Source: an uncultured Anaerolineaceae bacterium
GTDB lineage: Bacteria; Chloroflexota; Anaerolineae; Anaerolineales; UBA4823
DNA: 64,000 bases
Direction of reading: 5' to 3'
Assembly: GCA_964354345.1 (NCBI GenBank)
Contig: CAYGZL010000116.1
Location: 214-64,213, forward strand
Shown: positions 10,643 through 20,048 of the stretch, in pieces
Layout of the letters: every line of letters begins with the position of its first letter
How positions within the stretch are numbered: position 1 is the stretch's first letter
Notes under the pieces: generated by a model
Databases searched by the model: none
What the model was told of the DNA's origin: nothing
The model's input: only the letters and a program-made list of their open reading frames with translations
Program-made: the position numbers and the translations under genes

Positions 10643-11615
10643 CTGCCAGGCTTAACAGCAATAAACCAATCGAGATCCAGATCAGGCCTTGTTCGACGGG
10701 GGAAGCAACCAGGTCAGCCATTGAAGGTGCCGGTAGAGACGCCCGCGGCCGGGCGGATGGATTCCAGTCGCCCAATAACGCCTGGCGGAATGCCTCCACG
10801 TCCGGCGGTCGTTCATCCGGGTGCAGACTCATCGCCCATAAAACCGCCCGTTCGGTCCGCAGGCTGATGTTGGGATTGTATTGGCGGGGTGGAACAAGAT
10901 TTTCGGGATGAAGAAATAGCTCGCGCGCTTCAGCGGGTGGATGACCCGTCAGCAGGTGGTAAAGCGTCGAGCCAAACGCGTAAATATCTGTCCGGGCATC
11001 AGTATGTCCTGTATCACCCCCATATTGCTCCAGGGGTGTATACAATGCTGTGCCACGTCCCTGCAAAATGGTTATCGTGACTTCATCGGAGGCCAGGATT
11101 TTTACCAGCCCAAAATCCACCAGCTTAAGCAAACCGCTGGGTGTCAGTTTCAAGTTGCTTGGTTTTATATCGCGGTGGACAATTGGCGGTTTCAAGCTGT
11201 GCAAGTAAATCAAGGCGTCGGCTAATTGACTGGCCCAATTAAGCACTTCACGTTCGGAAAGAAACTCCCCCCGTCGCCGGGCTTCATTCATGATCGTCCG
11301 GAGATCTTTCCCGGGGACAAAATCCATCACCAGATAATCGCGCCCCTCAATCGAGAAGAAATCCGAGACCTTGGGAAGATTCGGGTGATCCAGCCGCGCC
11401 AACACAGTGGCCTCGCGTTGGAACTGGTCGCGCGCCTGCTTAAGCAATTTCTCGGGCAGCGTGCGATCGTGCTCCACTTCTTTTAGCGCGCACAAGCGAC
11501 CTTCCAACCGTAAATCATCTGCCAGGTAAATACTTCCCATCCCGCCCTGACCAATGATCCGGTTTATCCGGTAACGCCCACGCAGTATATCGCCTGCATT
11601 CAGCGGCGTCGTCAT
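10626..11615 (-). CDS. Hanks-type Ser/Thr protein kinase with C-terminal TM anchor
   Basis: GQGGMGSIY, ALKE, HRDIKPSN, DFG, DIYAFG; hydrophobic C-terminus and no extracellular domain. Confidence 0.95.
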   Translation of the reverse strand: MTTPLNAGDILRGRYRINRIIGQGGMGSIYLADDLRLEGRLCALKEVEHDRTLPEKLLKQARDQFQREATVLARLDHPNLPKVSDFFSIEGRDYLVMDFVPGKDLRTIMNEARRRGEFLSEREVLNWASQLADALIYLHSLKPPIVHRDIKPSNLKLTPSGLLKLVDFGLVKILASDEVTITILQGRGTALYTPLEQYGGDTGHTDARTDIYAFGSTLYHLLTGHPPAEARELFLHPENLVPPRQYNPNISLRTERAVLWAMSLHPDERPPDVEAFRQALLGDWNPSARPRASLPAPSMADLVASPVEQGLIWISIGLLLLSLAVTLVR

Positions 11616-11669
11616 CCTGTAACTCCACCAATCAGATTTGTGTTATTATACCTGGAGAGAGGCCAAAGA

Positions 11670-12422
11670 ATGCAGGATATCAATGAAGAGGTTGCTTTAC
11701 TGATTGCCCAGGTTGGACCGTTGAATGGGCAACGGTGGACATTACGCAGTAAACTGGTGATCGGACGTGACTTCTCTTGCGATATTGTGATTCCTGACCG
11801 GCAGGTATCTCGCCAACATGCCAGCCTCACCCCGACTCCCTTAGGGACCAGGTTAGAGGATTTAGGAAGTAAAAATGGCACACATCTCAATGGCCAACCT
11901 GTTCTGGAAGCAACCTACCTGGCTGATGGCGACCAAATCCAAATTGCAGTGGCGCAGAAATTCACTTTCCTCAGCTCTGACGCTACGGTACCTCTCGAGG
12001 ATATCGAGGAAACCAATCTCACTCCCACTCCGACCCACAGCAGCCTGATGGATCATCCCTCAACCGAGGTGAACCGCTTACAGTTGGATAAGCGCGCCCG
12101 GCGAATATGGGTCAATCTCCCAGAAACAACTGCGGTTGCTCCAAAACGCTACCGGACTGTGGAAGTCTTACCTCCGCTCTCAGCCCCCCAATTCCGCTTG
12201 CTTGAGCTGCTCTACGATTCAGGAGATCAGGTGGTAACGCGCCAGGATCTCATCCTGGTGGTGTGGGGGGATACCCAGGCGATTGCGGTTTCAGAACAGG
12301 CGTTAGATGCGCTGATTCGCCGTCTGCGTGAACGATTGGCCAGTATCGATCCACGCCATGAATACATCGTCACCGTGCGCGGGCATGGCTTACGCCTGGA
12401 TAATCCCCGGATAGCCGCCTGA
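11670..12422 (+). CDS. FHA domain plus OmpR/PhoB-type winged-helix regulator
   Basis: IGR, VSRQHA, DLGSKNGT FHA motifs; C-terminal LDALIRRLRERL...YIVTVRGHG wHTH. Start taken as ATG 11670. Confidence 0.88.
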   Translation: MQDINEEVALLIAQVGPLNGQRWTLRSKLVIGRDFSCDIVIPDRQVSRQHASLTPTPLGTRLEDLGSKNGTHLNGQPVLEATYLADGDQIQIAVAQKFTFLSSDATVPLEDIEETNLTPTPTHSSLMDHPSTEVNRLQLDKRARRIWVNLPETTAVAPKRYRTVEVLPPLSAPQFRLLELLYDSGDQVVTRQDLILVVWGDTQAIAVSEQALDALIRRLRERLASIDPRHEYIVTVRGHGLRLDNPRIAA

Positions 12423-12429
12423 AATTCGG

Positions 12430-13770
12430 TTACTGCATCTGGCGCTGCATTGAGAAACGTAGCACCAGGCGGTGAAGATGCATTACCGCCTCAGCCAGCT
12501 CTTTATCTTCTCCATTATGAACTTGAGAAGCCAGGTTGGTTAAGACGTTCATAAACTCTGGAGTAACCTCATTCGAGAATTGTTCCAGTAGATGCAAGCG
12601 CGCCGCATCATTCGGCGCCTCAAGAAGCTCCTGGATGAAGACCATTTCGGGTGGTGTGCTCGCTTCCTGGATCACGCCAATAACCAGCTTAATCCTGGCT
12701 TCTTGCTCCTGGTTCCCTTCGATCCGCGCGGCTTGTAAGATCGTGTCCAGCTCTTGCAGGAAGAAATCATCTACATTACCCAGGTTTTTCAGCATGGCTT
12801 CACGCGGGTTTTTATCTTGCAAGATTCGATTTATCAAAGCATGCGCTTGAGCGGAACGCAGTTTAAGCTGTTGATCTATTTCATCGGTAATTTCGAGTAG
12901 CTTCTCGCGCAAGTTTACCAGGCGTGTCCGTCCATCCCCACGCGCTCGATCAATTCGTTCGCTGAGGATCTGGAAAAATTCGTAATCCAAGGCCGGTCGA
13001 ACCAGGCTGGCGATTGCGCTTAACCGAATTTCCGTTGGAGCGTTGACCAATAAATCCAGGATCTTATCCCGGGTGACATCCTTGCCTAAGGATTGGATAT
13101 CTTTAACTGCCGCCTGAATTTCTTCAGATTGTTCCTTGAGTTTTTTACCAAAACTACTGTTCGTCACCAGGCTCTCTTGCAGCTCCTTCAACCGTTGAGC
13201 CGCTTGTGGGTCTCCCCCTGCTTGAACACCTTCGGCTAGGCGGTTAAAAATGCTAAAGAAATCCGCATCAATCAGATTGTCCTCTTGTTTGATAACTTCG
13301 GAGCGCACATCTTCGTCCGTTATGCCTGCCAGCCTTTGGATCAAGCTCAAGCGTTGTTGTTGAGCCTGGAGCATTTCACGGGTAATCCCATCTGCTTGTA
13401 AGATACGCTCGACCATCCCTTGCATCGTTAGCATGGTTTGAGGCTGAAATATGTAGGCTTTACGTTTCTCTGGTGGTAAGCGGCTCACCGCTTGATTGAT
13501 CAATGAACCGATCAGACGTTCTTGATCGTTGCGAGTCAGACCGACTTCCATCGGAGCGTAAGTCAATAACAATTCCTTCTCAGGATCATGATAAACCACC
13601 AGGATTCCAAGGTTTCCCTGATAACCACACTGTGGACACTTTACGACATTAACTGCTCCCGAGATAAGTCGCTGCTTGGCAGTGGGATCTGCGCCTACAT
13701 CGAACAACTGCTCAATATCTGCAACGATTGGCTGGCGGCAGTTGGGGCAATTCACACGAGTCTTAGACAT
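12430..13770 (-). CDS. CpXC-domain (Zn-binding) helical protein typical of Chloroflexota
   Basis: N-terminal CPNC and CPQC followed by VYHDPEKELLL; long alpha-helical C-terminus. Confidence 0.75.
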   Translation of the reverse strand: MSKTRVNCPNCRQPIVADIEQLFDVGADPTAKQRLISGAVNVVKCPQCGYQGNLGILVVYHDPEKELLLTYAPMEVGLTRNDQERLIGSLINQAVSRLPPEKRKAYIFQPQTMLTMQGMVERILQADGITREMLQAQQQRLSLIQRLAGITDEDVRSEVIKQEDNLIDADFFSIFNRLAEGVQAGGDPQAAQRLKELQESLVTNSSFGKKLKEQSEEIQAAVKDIQSLGKDVTRDKILDLLVNAPTEIRLSAIASLVRPALDYEFFQILSERIDRARGDGRTRLVNLREKLLEITDEIDQQLKLRSAQAHALINRILQDKNPREAMLKNLGNVDDFFLQELDTILQAARIEGNQEQEARIKLVIGVIQEASTPPEMVFIQELLEAPNDAARLHLLEQFSNEVTPEFMNVLTNLASQVHNGEDKELAEAVMHLHRLVLRFSMQRQMQ

Positions 13771-13822
13771 GCAATTTCTCCAAATTCCAGAATTTTATGA
13801 TTGACTACCCAGATGGGTCAGG

Positions 13823-15400
13823 TCAAGAGTTGATTATGTGCCGTTGGTCATCCCGCGGCAGTGAAAAACAAATTTGCGCTCCTAGCGCCGGTATCGGATC
13901 CACCCAAATCTTGCCACCATGGGCTTCTACGACCGCCCGAGCCAAATAAAGTCCTAAACCTGCGCCTTTGGTCGTCCGTGCTGTACTCGATGAACGGTAA
14001 AATCGTTCGAAGACATGCGGAGCGTCTTCGGGAGTAATTCCCGGACCCTGGTCGCGGATGCATATGATAACCGTATCGGGTCGGATCTGGCCTCGGATCG
14101 AAATTTCTCCTCCAGCAGGCGAATACTTGATCGCATTCGAAATTAAATTCGAGAAAACTTGTGCCAGGCGGTCCTCATCAGCCAGAATAATAGGGAAATT
14201 GGATGGAAAATCCAGAATAATTTTATGTTGGCTGGTTTGGGTTCTAAAGCGCTCGGCAATGCGCACAGCCAGATCATCCAACGCGACATCCGCCAGGTTT
14301 ATCGCCAAAGCCCCCGCCTGTAGGCGAGAGGCGTCCAACAGATTTTCAATTAATTCTGTCAGGCGATCCGCCTCTTCTTCAATTACCTGTAAACTATCTT
14401 GGATTATATTGCGATCCCAGGAAGCATCCTCTCGGCGCAAGGTGCTGACATAGCCTTTAATTAACGCAACCGGCGTTTTTAGCTCATGGCTGATCACTGA
14501 GATAAACGTGCTTTTCAGCTCCTCGGCTTCTCGAAAACGGGTAATGTCCCGCAGGGTCGCTACCACATTGCCCAATCCACCTTCACTGGTTACCAGCGGT
14601 GCGTAGGTAATGCCGACCGGCAAAGGCGGCGCACCGTTACGCAGTAGATCGCCCTCCACATAAAGTGTAGCATTGGGCGTTAATGGCCACCCACCGGCTT
14701 CGGCTTGCTCCAATGATTGACCATCTTTAACTTTAGCCCAACGGATCACCTGTTCATGCTTACGTCCCCGGATCAACTCGACGGTAGTCTTCAACATCCT
14801 TGCTAAAGCAGGATTGCACCGCTCAATCGTGTGATCTGCCGACAGGATCAGGATTCCATCCGCCGCCGAGTCTAATAAAGCGCTCATGCGGCGTTTCTCC
14901 TGGCTGGCCTGAGTATAAAGCTGGGCGTTGTGAACCGCGATCGCTGCCTGATCGGCAAAGCTTTGCAGTAAGGTAGTATCATTCGTAGAAAAACTACCCT
15001 GATAATTGCGGAAGATAAATAACAATCCCACCATCAAACGCCGGGAGATTAATGGCAAGCCAACACCCGTCAAAAGTCCCAGGCTGGCCGAGCGGGTAAG
15101 CGCCTGCAGTAAACGGTTAATTTCCGGGAGCTCATCGAAATTGGGCTGCTCCTGTTCCGGCACCTTCGCCAGTAAAAGCTCGAGTTGGCGCAAGAAAGCG
15201 GGAGGGATGCCTTGAGAAACGGCTACCCGCCAGCCACCAGTTTCTTCACGCAAAGCAATTAATCCGGCCTGTCCAGCCAGCATTTCTATAGAAATCGTTA
15301 AGATGCGCGCCAAAACCTGATCCAGATCTAACTCTTGGGTAATGGCGCGCGATATTTCCAGCAGATAATCACGCTGGCGGACGCGAAAATCAGGCAGCAA
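13823..15400 (-). CDS. Cytoplasmic GAF-PAS sensor histidine kinase
   Basis: GAF (FADQAAIAVHNA), PAS, H-box ISHELKTP, NLISNAIKYS, DQGPGI, GAGLGL. Confidence 0.93.
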   Translation of the reverse strand: MLPDFRVRQRDYLLEISRAITQELDLDQVLARILTISIEMLAGQAGLIALREETGGWRVAVSQGIPPAFLRQLELLLAKVPEQEQPNFDELPEINRLLQALTRSASLGLLTGVGLPLISRRLMVGLLFIFRNYQGSFSTNDTTLLQSFADQAAIAVHNAQLYTQASQEKRRMSALLDSAADGILILSADHTIERCNPALARMLKTTVELIRGRKHEQVIRWAKVKDGQSLEQAEAGGWPLTPNATLYVEGDLLRNGAPPLPVGITYAPLVTSEGGLGNVVATLRDITRFREAEELKSTFISVISHELKTPVALIKGYVSTLRREDASWDRNIIQDSLQVIEEEADRLTELIENLLDASRLQAGALAINLADVALDDLAVRIAERFRTQTSQHKIILDFPSNFPIILADEDRLAQVFSNLISNAIKYSPAGGEISIRGQIRPDTVIICIRDQGPGITPEDAPHVFERFYRSSSTARTTKGAGLGLYLARAVVEAHGGKIWVDPIPALGAQICFSLPRDDQRHIINS

Positions 15401-16724
15401 CGGCTTGCCCCTCGCGTTCGCTTACCACGATCGCTTCTTCCAAGATTTCTAACGCTTCATCCACTTCGTTACGGCTGACATTCAAGGGAGGCGCAATGCG
15501 AATGGTACTTTTTCCACAACCCAGCAGGAGTAAACCACGTTGAAACGCATTTTCCACAATCTGATCGCGTAATTTCTCAGCCGGCGCTTTTGTTTTCCGG
15601 TCCTGCACAAACTCCACTCCAATCATCAATCCTTTTCCGCGTACACAACCGATGCTGGGGTGACGAACCATTATTTCTTCCAAAGCATCCAACAGGTACT
15701 CCCCCATCTCCGCCGCGTTTTGCAGGTAACCATTTTCAATCAACTCGATCGTGGCCATAGCGGCTGCACAGGAGAGTGGATTCCCACCAAAGGTGTTTCC
15801 GTGCGCGCCGCGTGGCCAGGTCATTATATCTTCGCGAGCGAACATAACACCGAGGGGCATACCGGAAGCGATGCCTTTCGCTGAGCAGACGATATCGGGC
15901 TCAATATCAAAATGCTCAATTGCCCACCACTTCCCGGTGCGCCCCATTCCGGATTGTACTTCATCAACAATCAATAGAATTTTATGACGATCACACAGCT
16001 CGCGCAGGGCCGTGAAAAAGCCTGGCGCTGGCACCAGGTAGCCGCCCTCACCTTGGATCGGTTCAACCAGGATACCCGCCACATTATCCGCTGGCAGCAG
16101 GTGGCCGAATATTTGTTCTTCGATATATCGCACCGCCGCGACTCCATATTCTTCCCCTGGCAGTGCATTTAAAATCGGTCGATATGGATCTGGAAATGGC
16201 GCATGAATCACGCCGTTAAGCAATGGATAAAAACCGCGATGATAAACTGGTTTACTGGCCGTGAAAGTTACTGATCCCAGGGTTCGACCATGAAAGGCGC
16301 CCAAGAAACCGATGAAGTTTTGCCGACCTGTTTTATAACGCGCCAACTTAATCGCCGCCTCGACGGCTTCCGTGCCGGAGTTCGTCATAAATGAGACAGC
16401 ATTATCTAAGAACGGTGCAATTTCGTTGAGTTTTTCCGCTAACTCGACCCATTTTGGATGATAAAAGTCGGACGAAATATGGATGAATTTCTCTGCTTGC
16501 TCCTGGATTGCTTTAACCACCTGGGGATGACTGTGGCCAGTAGCGACCACTGCGATCCCGGCTGCAAAATCGAGGAAGCGATTTTCATCCACATCCCATA
16601 CTTCGGTGCCTCGTCCATGGTCCATCACAAAGGGATAGCCGCGTGGATACGAAGCTGAAATGACCGCCTGGTCACGTTTAACAATCGCCCTTGCCTTTGG
16701 CCCGGGCAGGTTCATCGGCTGCAT
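15390..16724 (-). CDS. Class III PLP aminotransferase (4-aminobutyrate/acetylornithine family)
   Basis: NSGTEAVE, FHGRT, EPIQGEGG, DEVQSGMGRTG, SAKG, HGNTFGGNP. AAGGAGG RBS before ATG 16724. Confidence 0.92.
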   Translation of the reverse strand: MQPMNLPGPKARAIVKRDQAVISASYPRGYPFVMDHGRGTEVWDVDENRFLDFAAGIAVVATGHSHPQVVKAIQEQAEKFIHISSDFYHPKWVELAEKLNEIAPFLDNAVSFMTNSGTEAVEAAIKLARYKTGRQNFIGFLGAFHGRTLGSVTFTASKPVYHRGFYPLLNGVIHAPFPDPYRPILNALPGEEYGVAAVRYIEEQIFGHLLPADNVAGILVEPIQGEGGYLVPAPGFFTALRELCDRHKILLIVDEVQSGMGRTGKWWAIEHFDIEPDIVCSAKGIASGMPLGVMFAREDIMTWPRGAHGNTFGGNPLSCAAAMATIELIENGYLQNAAEMGEYLLDALEEIMVRHPSIGCVRGKGLMIGVEFVQDRKTKAPAEKLRDQIVENAFQRGLLLLGCGKSTIRIAPPLNVSRNEVDEALEILEEAIVVSEREGQAVAA

Positions 16725-16867
16725 ATGGGATACCTCCTTCATACAGATACATCGGCCAATACCCCAAGGGGTAGTCAGCCCGATTTTAAGCCAGTAAACT
16801 CGAGCGGTTAATTATAACACTTTGAGCCTGACCTTCGGCAGCAAGCAAACCGAGTATAATCGCTGGC

Positions 16868-18007
16868 ATGGCGTTGTCCACCCCGTTCTCGTTTCAACTT
16901 CTAAGGGCTCACGAACGCGCCCGAGCAGGCATTCTACGTACACCTCATGGCGATCTACCTACTCCGCTCTTTGCACCCGTTGGAACACAAGCGGCAGTTA
17001 AGGCCATCACCCCAGCCCAGTTAAACGAACTGGGTGTTGGCCTGGTACTGGCTAACACCTATCACCTCTACTTGCGACCTGGAGACGAGGCAGTGGCTGC
17101 CTTAGGGGGATTGCATACGTTTATGAACTGGACCAATCCGATCTTGACCGACTCAGGTGGCTATCAGGTGTTCTCATTGGCTGATAGCCGTATTATAGAT
17201 GAAGACGGCGTGACTTTTAAAAGTCATATTGATGGCTCGACTCACCGCCTGACGCCAGAAAAATCTATCGCTATCCAGGAGAACCTGGGCGCGGATATCA
17301 TTATGGCTTTCGATGAGTGCGCCCCGCCTTACGACCGCGATTACAACCAACGCGCTGTAGCGCGCACCCATAACTGGGCGGAACGTTGCCTGCGGGTGAA
17401 AACCCGGGCTGACCAGGCCCTGTTTGGCATTACTCAAGGGGGCGTATTCCCTGACCTGCGTACAAATTCAGCCCAGGTTATCGCCTCGCTGGACTTCGCA
17501 GGTCACGCGATTGGCGGCCTCTCTGTCGGTGAGACGAAAGAAGAAATGCACGCCATGTTGGAAATCGTTGATGCCGTGCTGCCCGAGGATAAACCCCGCT
17601 ACTTGATGGGCGTCGGTTCGCCGGAAGACCTGGTCAACGCGGTGTCGCGGGGGATCGATATGTTCGATTGTGTCCTGCCTACCCGCCTGGCGCGCCACCA
17701 CGCGGCCATGACACGCACTGGACGCCTTAATCTACTCAATGCCGGTTATGCCCGAGATCCAAATCCCATCCTAACGGGTTGCCTGTGCTATACCTGTCAG
17801 AATTTTACGCGTGCCTACCTGCGTCATTTGATACTTGCCAAAGAGATGCTGGCAGCCACATTGCTCTCCATTCACAACCTGCACACGCTTCTCCAACTGA
17901 TGCGCGACATGCGAAATGCGATTTTAGAAGATTGTTTTCCTTCCTTCGCAGACAACTTCTATCGTAGCGCGGATCAAAACAACCATAATCATGATCACCT
18001 GGTGTAA
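16868..18007 (+). CDS. tgt: tRNA-guanine transglycosylase
   Basis: PVGT, NTYHLYLRPG, TDSGGYQVFSL, GGLSVGE, DMFDCVLPTR, CxCxxC...H Zn site. Confidence 0.97.
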   Translation: MALSTPFSFQLLRAHERARAGILRTPHGDLPTPLFAPVGTQAAVKAITPAQLNELGVGLVLANTYHLYLRPGDEAVAALGGLHTFMNWTNPILTDSGGYQVFSLADSRIIDEDGVTFKSHIDGSTHRLTPEKSIAIQENLGADIIMAFDECAPPYDRDYNQRAVARTHNWAERCLRVKTRADQALFGITQGGVFPDLRTNSAQVIASLDFAGHAIGGLSVGETKEEMHAMLEIVDAVLPEDKPRYLMGVGSPEDLVNAVSRGIDMFDCVLPTRLARHHAAMTRTGRLNLLNAGYARDPNPILTGCLCYTCQNFTRAYLRHLILAKEMLAATLLSIHNLHTLLQLMRDMRNAILEDCFPSFADNFYRSADQNNHNHDHLV

Positions 18008-18835
18008 ATGAGCATTCTTCAATCCATTATCCTGGGCATCCTTCAGGGTTTGACTGAGTTTCTGCCTGTTTCCAGTACGGCGCATTTACTAATTGCGCAA
18101 AACATTCTAGGACTGACATCGCCAATTGATGAGCAAGCCAAATTTTTGTTTATCTTCGATATATTAGTGCAGCTTGGCACTCTCCTGGCTCTGATCATAT
18201 ACTTTTGGAAGGATTGGGTAGCCATTATTGGGGGCTTATACCGGGGTGTGAAAACACGCCAACCTTTCACCGATCCACAAGCCCGGCTGGGCTGGTATAT
18301 CCTGCTGGCCTCCCTGCCCGCGCTGGTTGCAGGTGTGCTGCTGAAACCATTGGTTGAACAATTGTTCCGAACACCACTTATTGAGGCTGCCATCCGCCTG
18401 ACCTTGACAACAATTCTATTACTTGGCGCTGAATGGCTGGGCAAACGCTCCCGAAATATGAGTGAAATTAACTGGAAAGATGCCCTGTGGATTGGCTGCG
18501 CCCAAATCCTGTCAATTTTCCCGGGAGCTTCCCGCTCTGGTTCTACACTGGCAGGTGGGATGGCGCGCAACCTGGATCGCCCGGCTGCAGCGCGTTTTGC
18601 CTTCCTGATGTCTGTACCAGTAATGCTGGCGGCGGGGGCTTATCAATCGTTAGGGTTACTCAAGATCCCTCACCTGGCTACTTATCTTCCGCCTATCCTG
18701 GTTAGCATCATTGTGGCGACCATAGTTGGCTACCTGGCCATCCATTGGTTATTAGACTTCCTGGCGCATCGACCGCTTTACGTTTTCTCTATATACTGCG
18801 CTATCGTTGGATTAATCACATTAATTCGTTTGTAA
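18008..18835 (+). CDS. uppP: Undecaprenyl-diphosphate phosphatase
   Basis: QGLTEFLPVSSTAH and PGASRSG motifs; multi-pass membrane protein. Confidence 0.95.
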   Translation: MSILQSIILGILQGLTEFLPVSSTAHLLIAQNILGLTSPIDEQAKFLFIFDILVQLGTLLALIIYFWKDWVAIIGGLYRGVKTRQPFTDPQARLGWYILLASLPALVAGVLLKPLVEQLFRTPLIEAAIRLTLTTILLLGAEWLGKRSRNMSEINWKDALWIGCAQILSIFPGASRSGSTLAGGMARNLDRPAAARFAFLMSVPVMLAAGAYQSLGLLKIPHLATYLPPILVSIIVATIVGYLAIHWLLDFLAHRPLYVFSIYCAIVGLITLIRL

Positions 18836-18862
18836 ATTATTATTTCACGTAGAATACTACTC

Positions 18863-20038
18863 ATGAACAGCCAAGAATCCCGATATACTTATCTTATCCT
18901 CGGCGCTGGACGCCAGGGGACAGCCGCAGCGTATGATTTGGCGCGTTTTGGCCAGGCGCGCCGGATCACCCTGTCCGATATCAGTGGTGAGCGGGCGCTA
19001 GCTGCAGCTCAACGTGTCAACGATCTGTTAAAGGTAAACGTTGTTCAAGGCATTCAACTCGACGTCCTAAATTATGATGCTTTGCTTCGAGAATTGGAGA
19101 TATCTGACGTGGCCTTGAGTGCTGTCCCGTATTTCTACAACCTGGCGATAACTCAGGCCGCCATCCGGAGCCATACAAGTTTATGCGATATGGGTGGCAA
19201 CACCCAGATCGTTTTTCAGCAGCTTGCGCTGGATGAAATGGCCCGTCTGGCGCAGATCAGCATCGTTCCTGACTGCGGGATGGGGCCTGGTCTGGTAAAT
19301 ACCCTTGGCGCCTATGCAATGGAATTGCTGGATGAACCCCAAGAGATTTACGTTTATGATGCCGGCTTACCCCAAAAGCCTGTCCCACCCTGGAACTACC
19401 AGTTGACATTTCACATCAATGGGTTGACCAACGAGATGGATGGCCAGGCAGTCTTCATCCGAGAGGGCAAGATACAGTATGTTGATACCCTATCTGAACC
19501 CGAATGGATTGATTTTCCACCTCTCGGTCGCCTCGAAGCGGATGTCACCTCGGGAGGCACTTCCACTGCTCCGTGGACATTTCTAGGCAAATTGCAGCGC
19601 TTTGAAAATAAAGTCTTGCGCTACCCGGGTCACTATGAATGGCTACGGGCGTTTAAGACTTTGGGATTATTCAACGAAACTCCAATTCAGGTTGGCAAGC
19701 AGACAGTCATCCCCCGCGAGGTGTACCATGCTCTTCTGGAACCGAAGATCAGCGCTGTGCATATCGAGGATATCTGCATCATGCGCGTTATCGGTAAAGG
19801 TATGAAAAGCGGGAAATTCTGCACAGTCACGATTGACCTGGTTGATGCTTATGACCCAATTACCGGCTTCACCGGGATGGAACGCCTGACTGGCTGGCAT
19901 TGCTCGATTATGATGGGTTTCCTGGCGCGAGGTCAGGTTCGCCCGGGTGTGATGCCGAATGAGGTTGCCGTCCCGGCGAGTCAGGTTATGGAACAGGTAC
20001 GCATAAGAGGAATTCAATTCTCTGTTCGATGGAATTAA
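18863..20038 (+). CDS. Saccharopine dehydrogenase / lysine 6-dehydrogenase family oxidoreductase
   Basis: LGAGRQG Rossmann motif, DMGG, DCGMGPG, GLPQ, TSGGTS, LRYPGH. Confidence 0.88.
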   Translation: MNSQESRYTYLILGAGRQGTAAAYDLARFGQARRITLSDISGERALAAAQRVNDLLKVNVVQGIQLDVLNYDALLRELEISDVALSAVPYFYNLAITQAAIRSHTSLCDMGGNTQIVFQQLALDEMARLAQISIVPDCGMGPGLVNTLGAYAMELLDEPQEIYVYDAGLPQKPVPPWNYQLTFHINGLTNEMDGQAVFIREGKIQYVDTLSEPEWIDFPPLGRLEADVTSGGTSTAPWTFLGKLQRFENKVLRYPGHYEWLRAFKTLGLFNETPIQVGKQTVIPREVYHALLEPKISAVHIEDICIMRVIGKGMKSGKFCTVTIDLVDAYDPITGFTGMERLTGWHCSIMMGFLARGQVRPGVMPNEVAVPASQVMEQVRIRGIQFSVRWN

Positions 20039-20048
20039 GGCTCTCAGA

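Noticed and set aside
10626-11615. Direct link between the PASTA-less kinase and the CIS PASTA proteins (split PknB)
   Set aside because: They are about 47 kb apart, the kinase sits in core-genome context, and nothing in the sequence ties them together.
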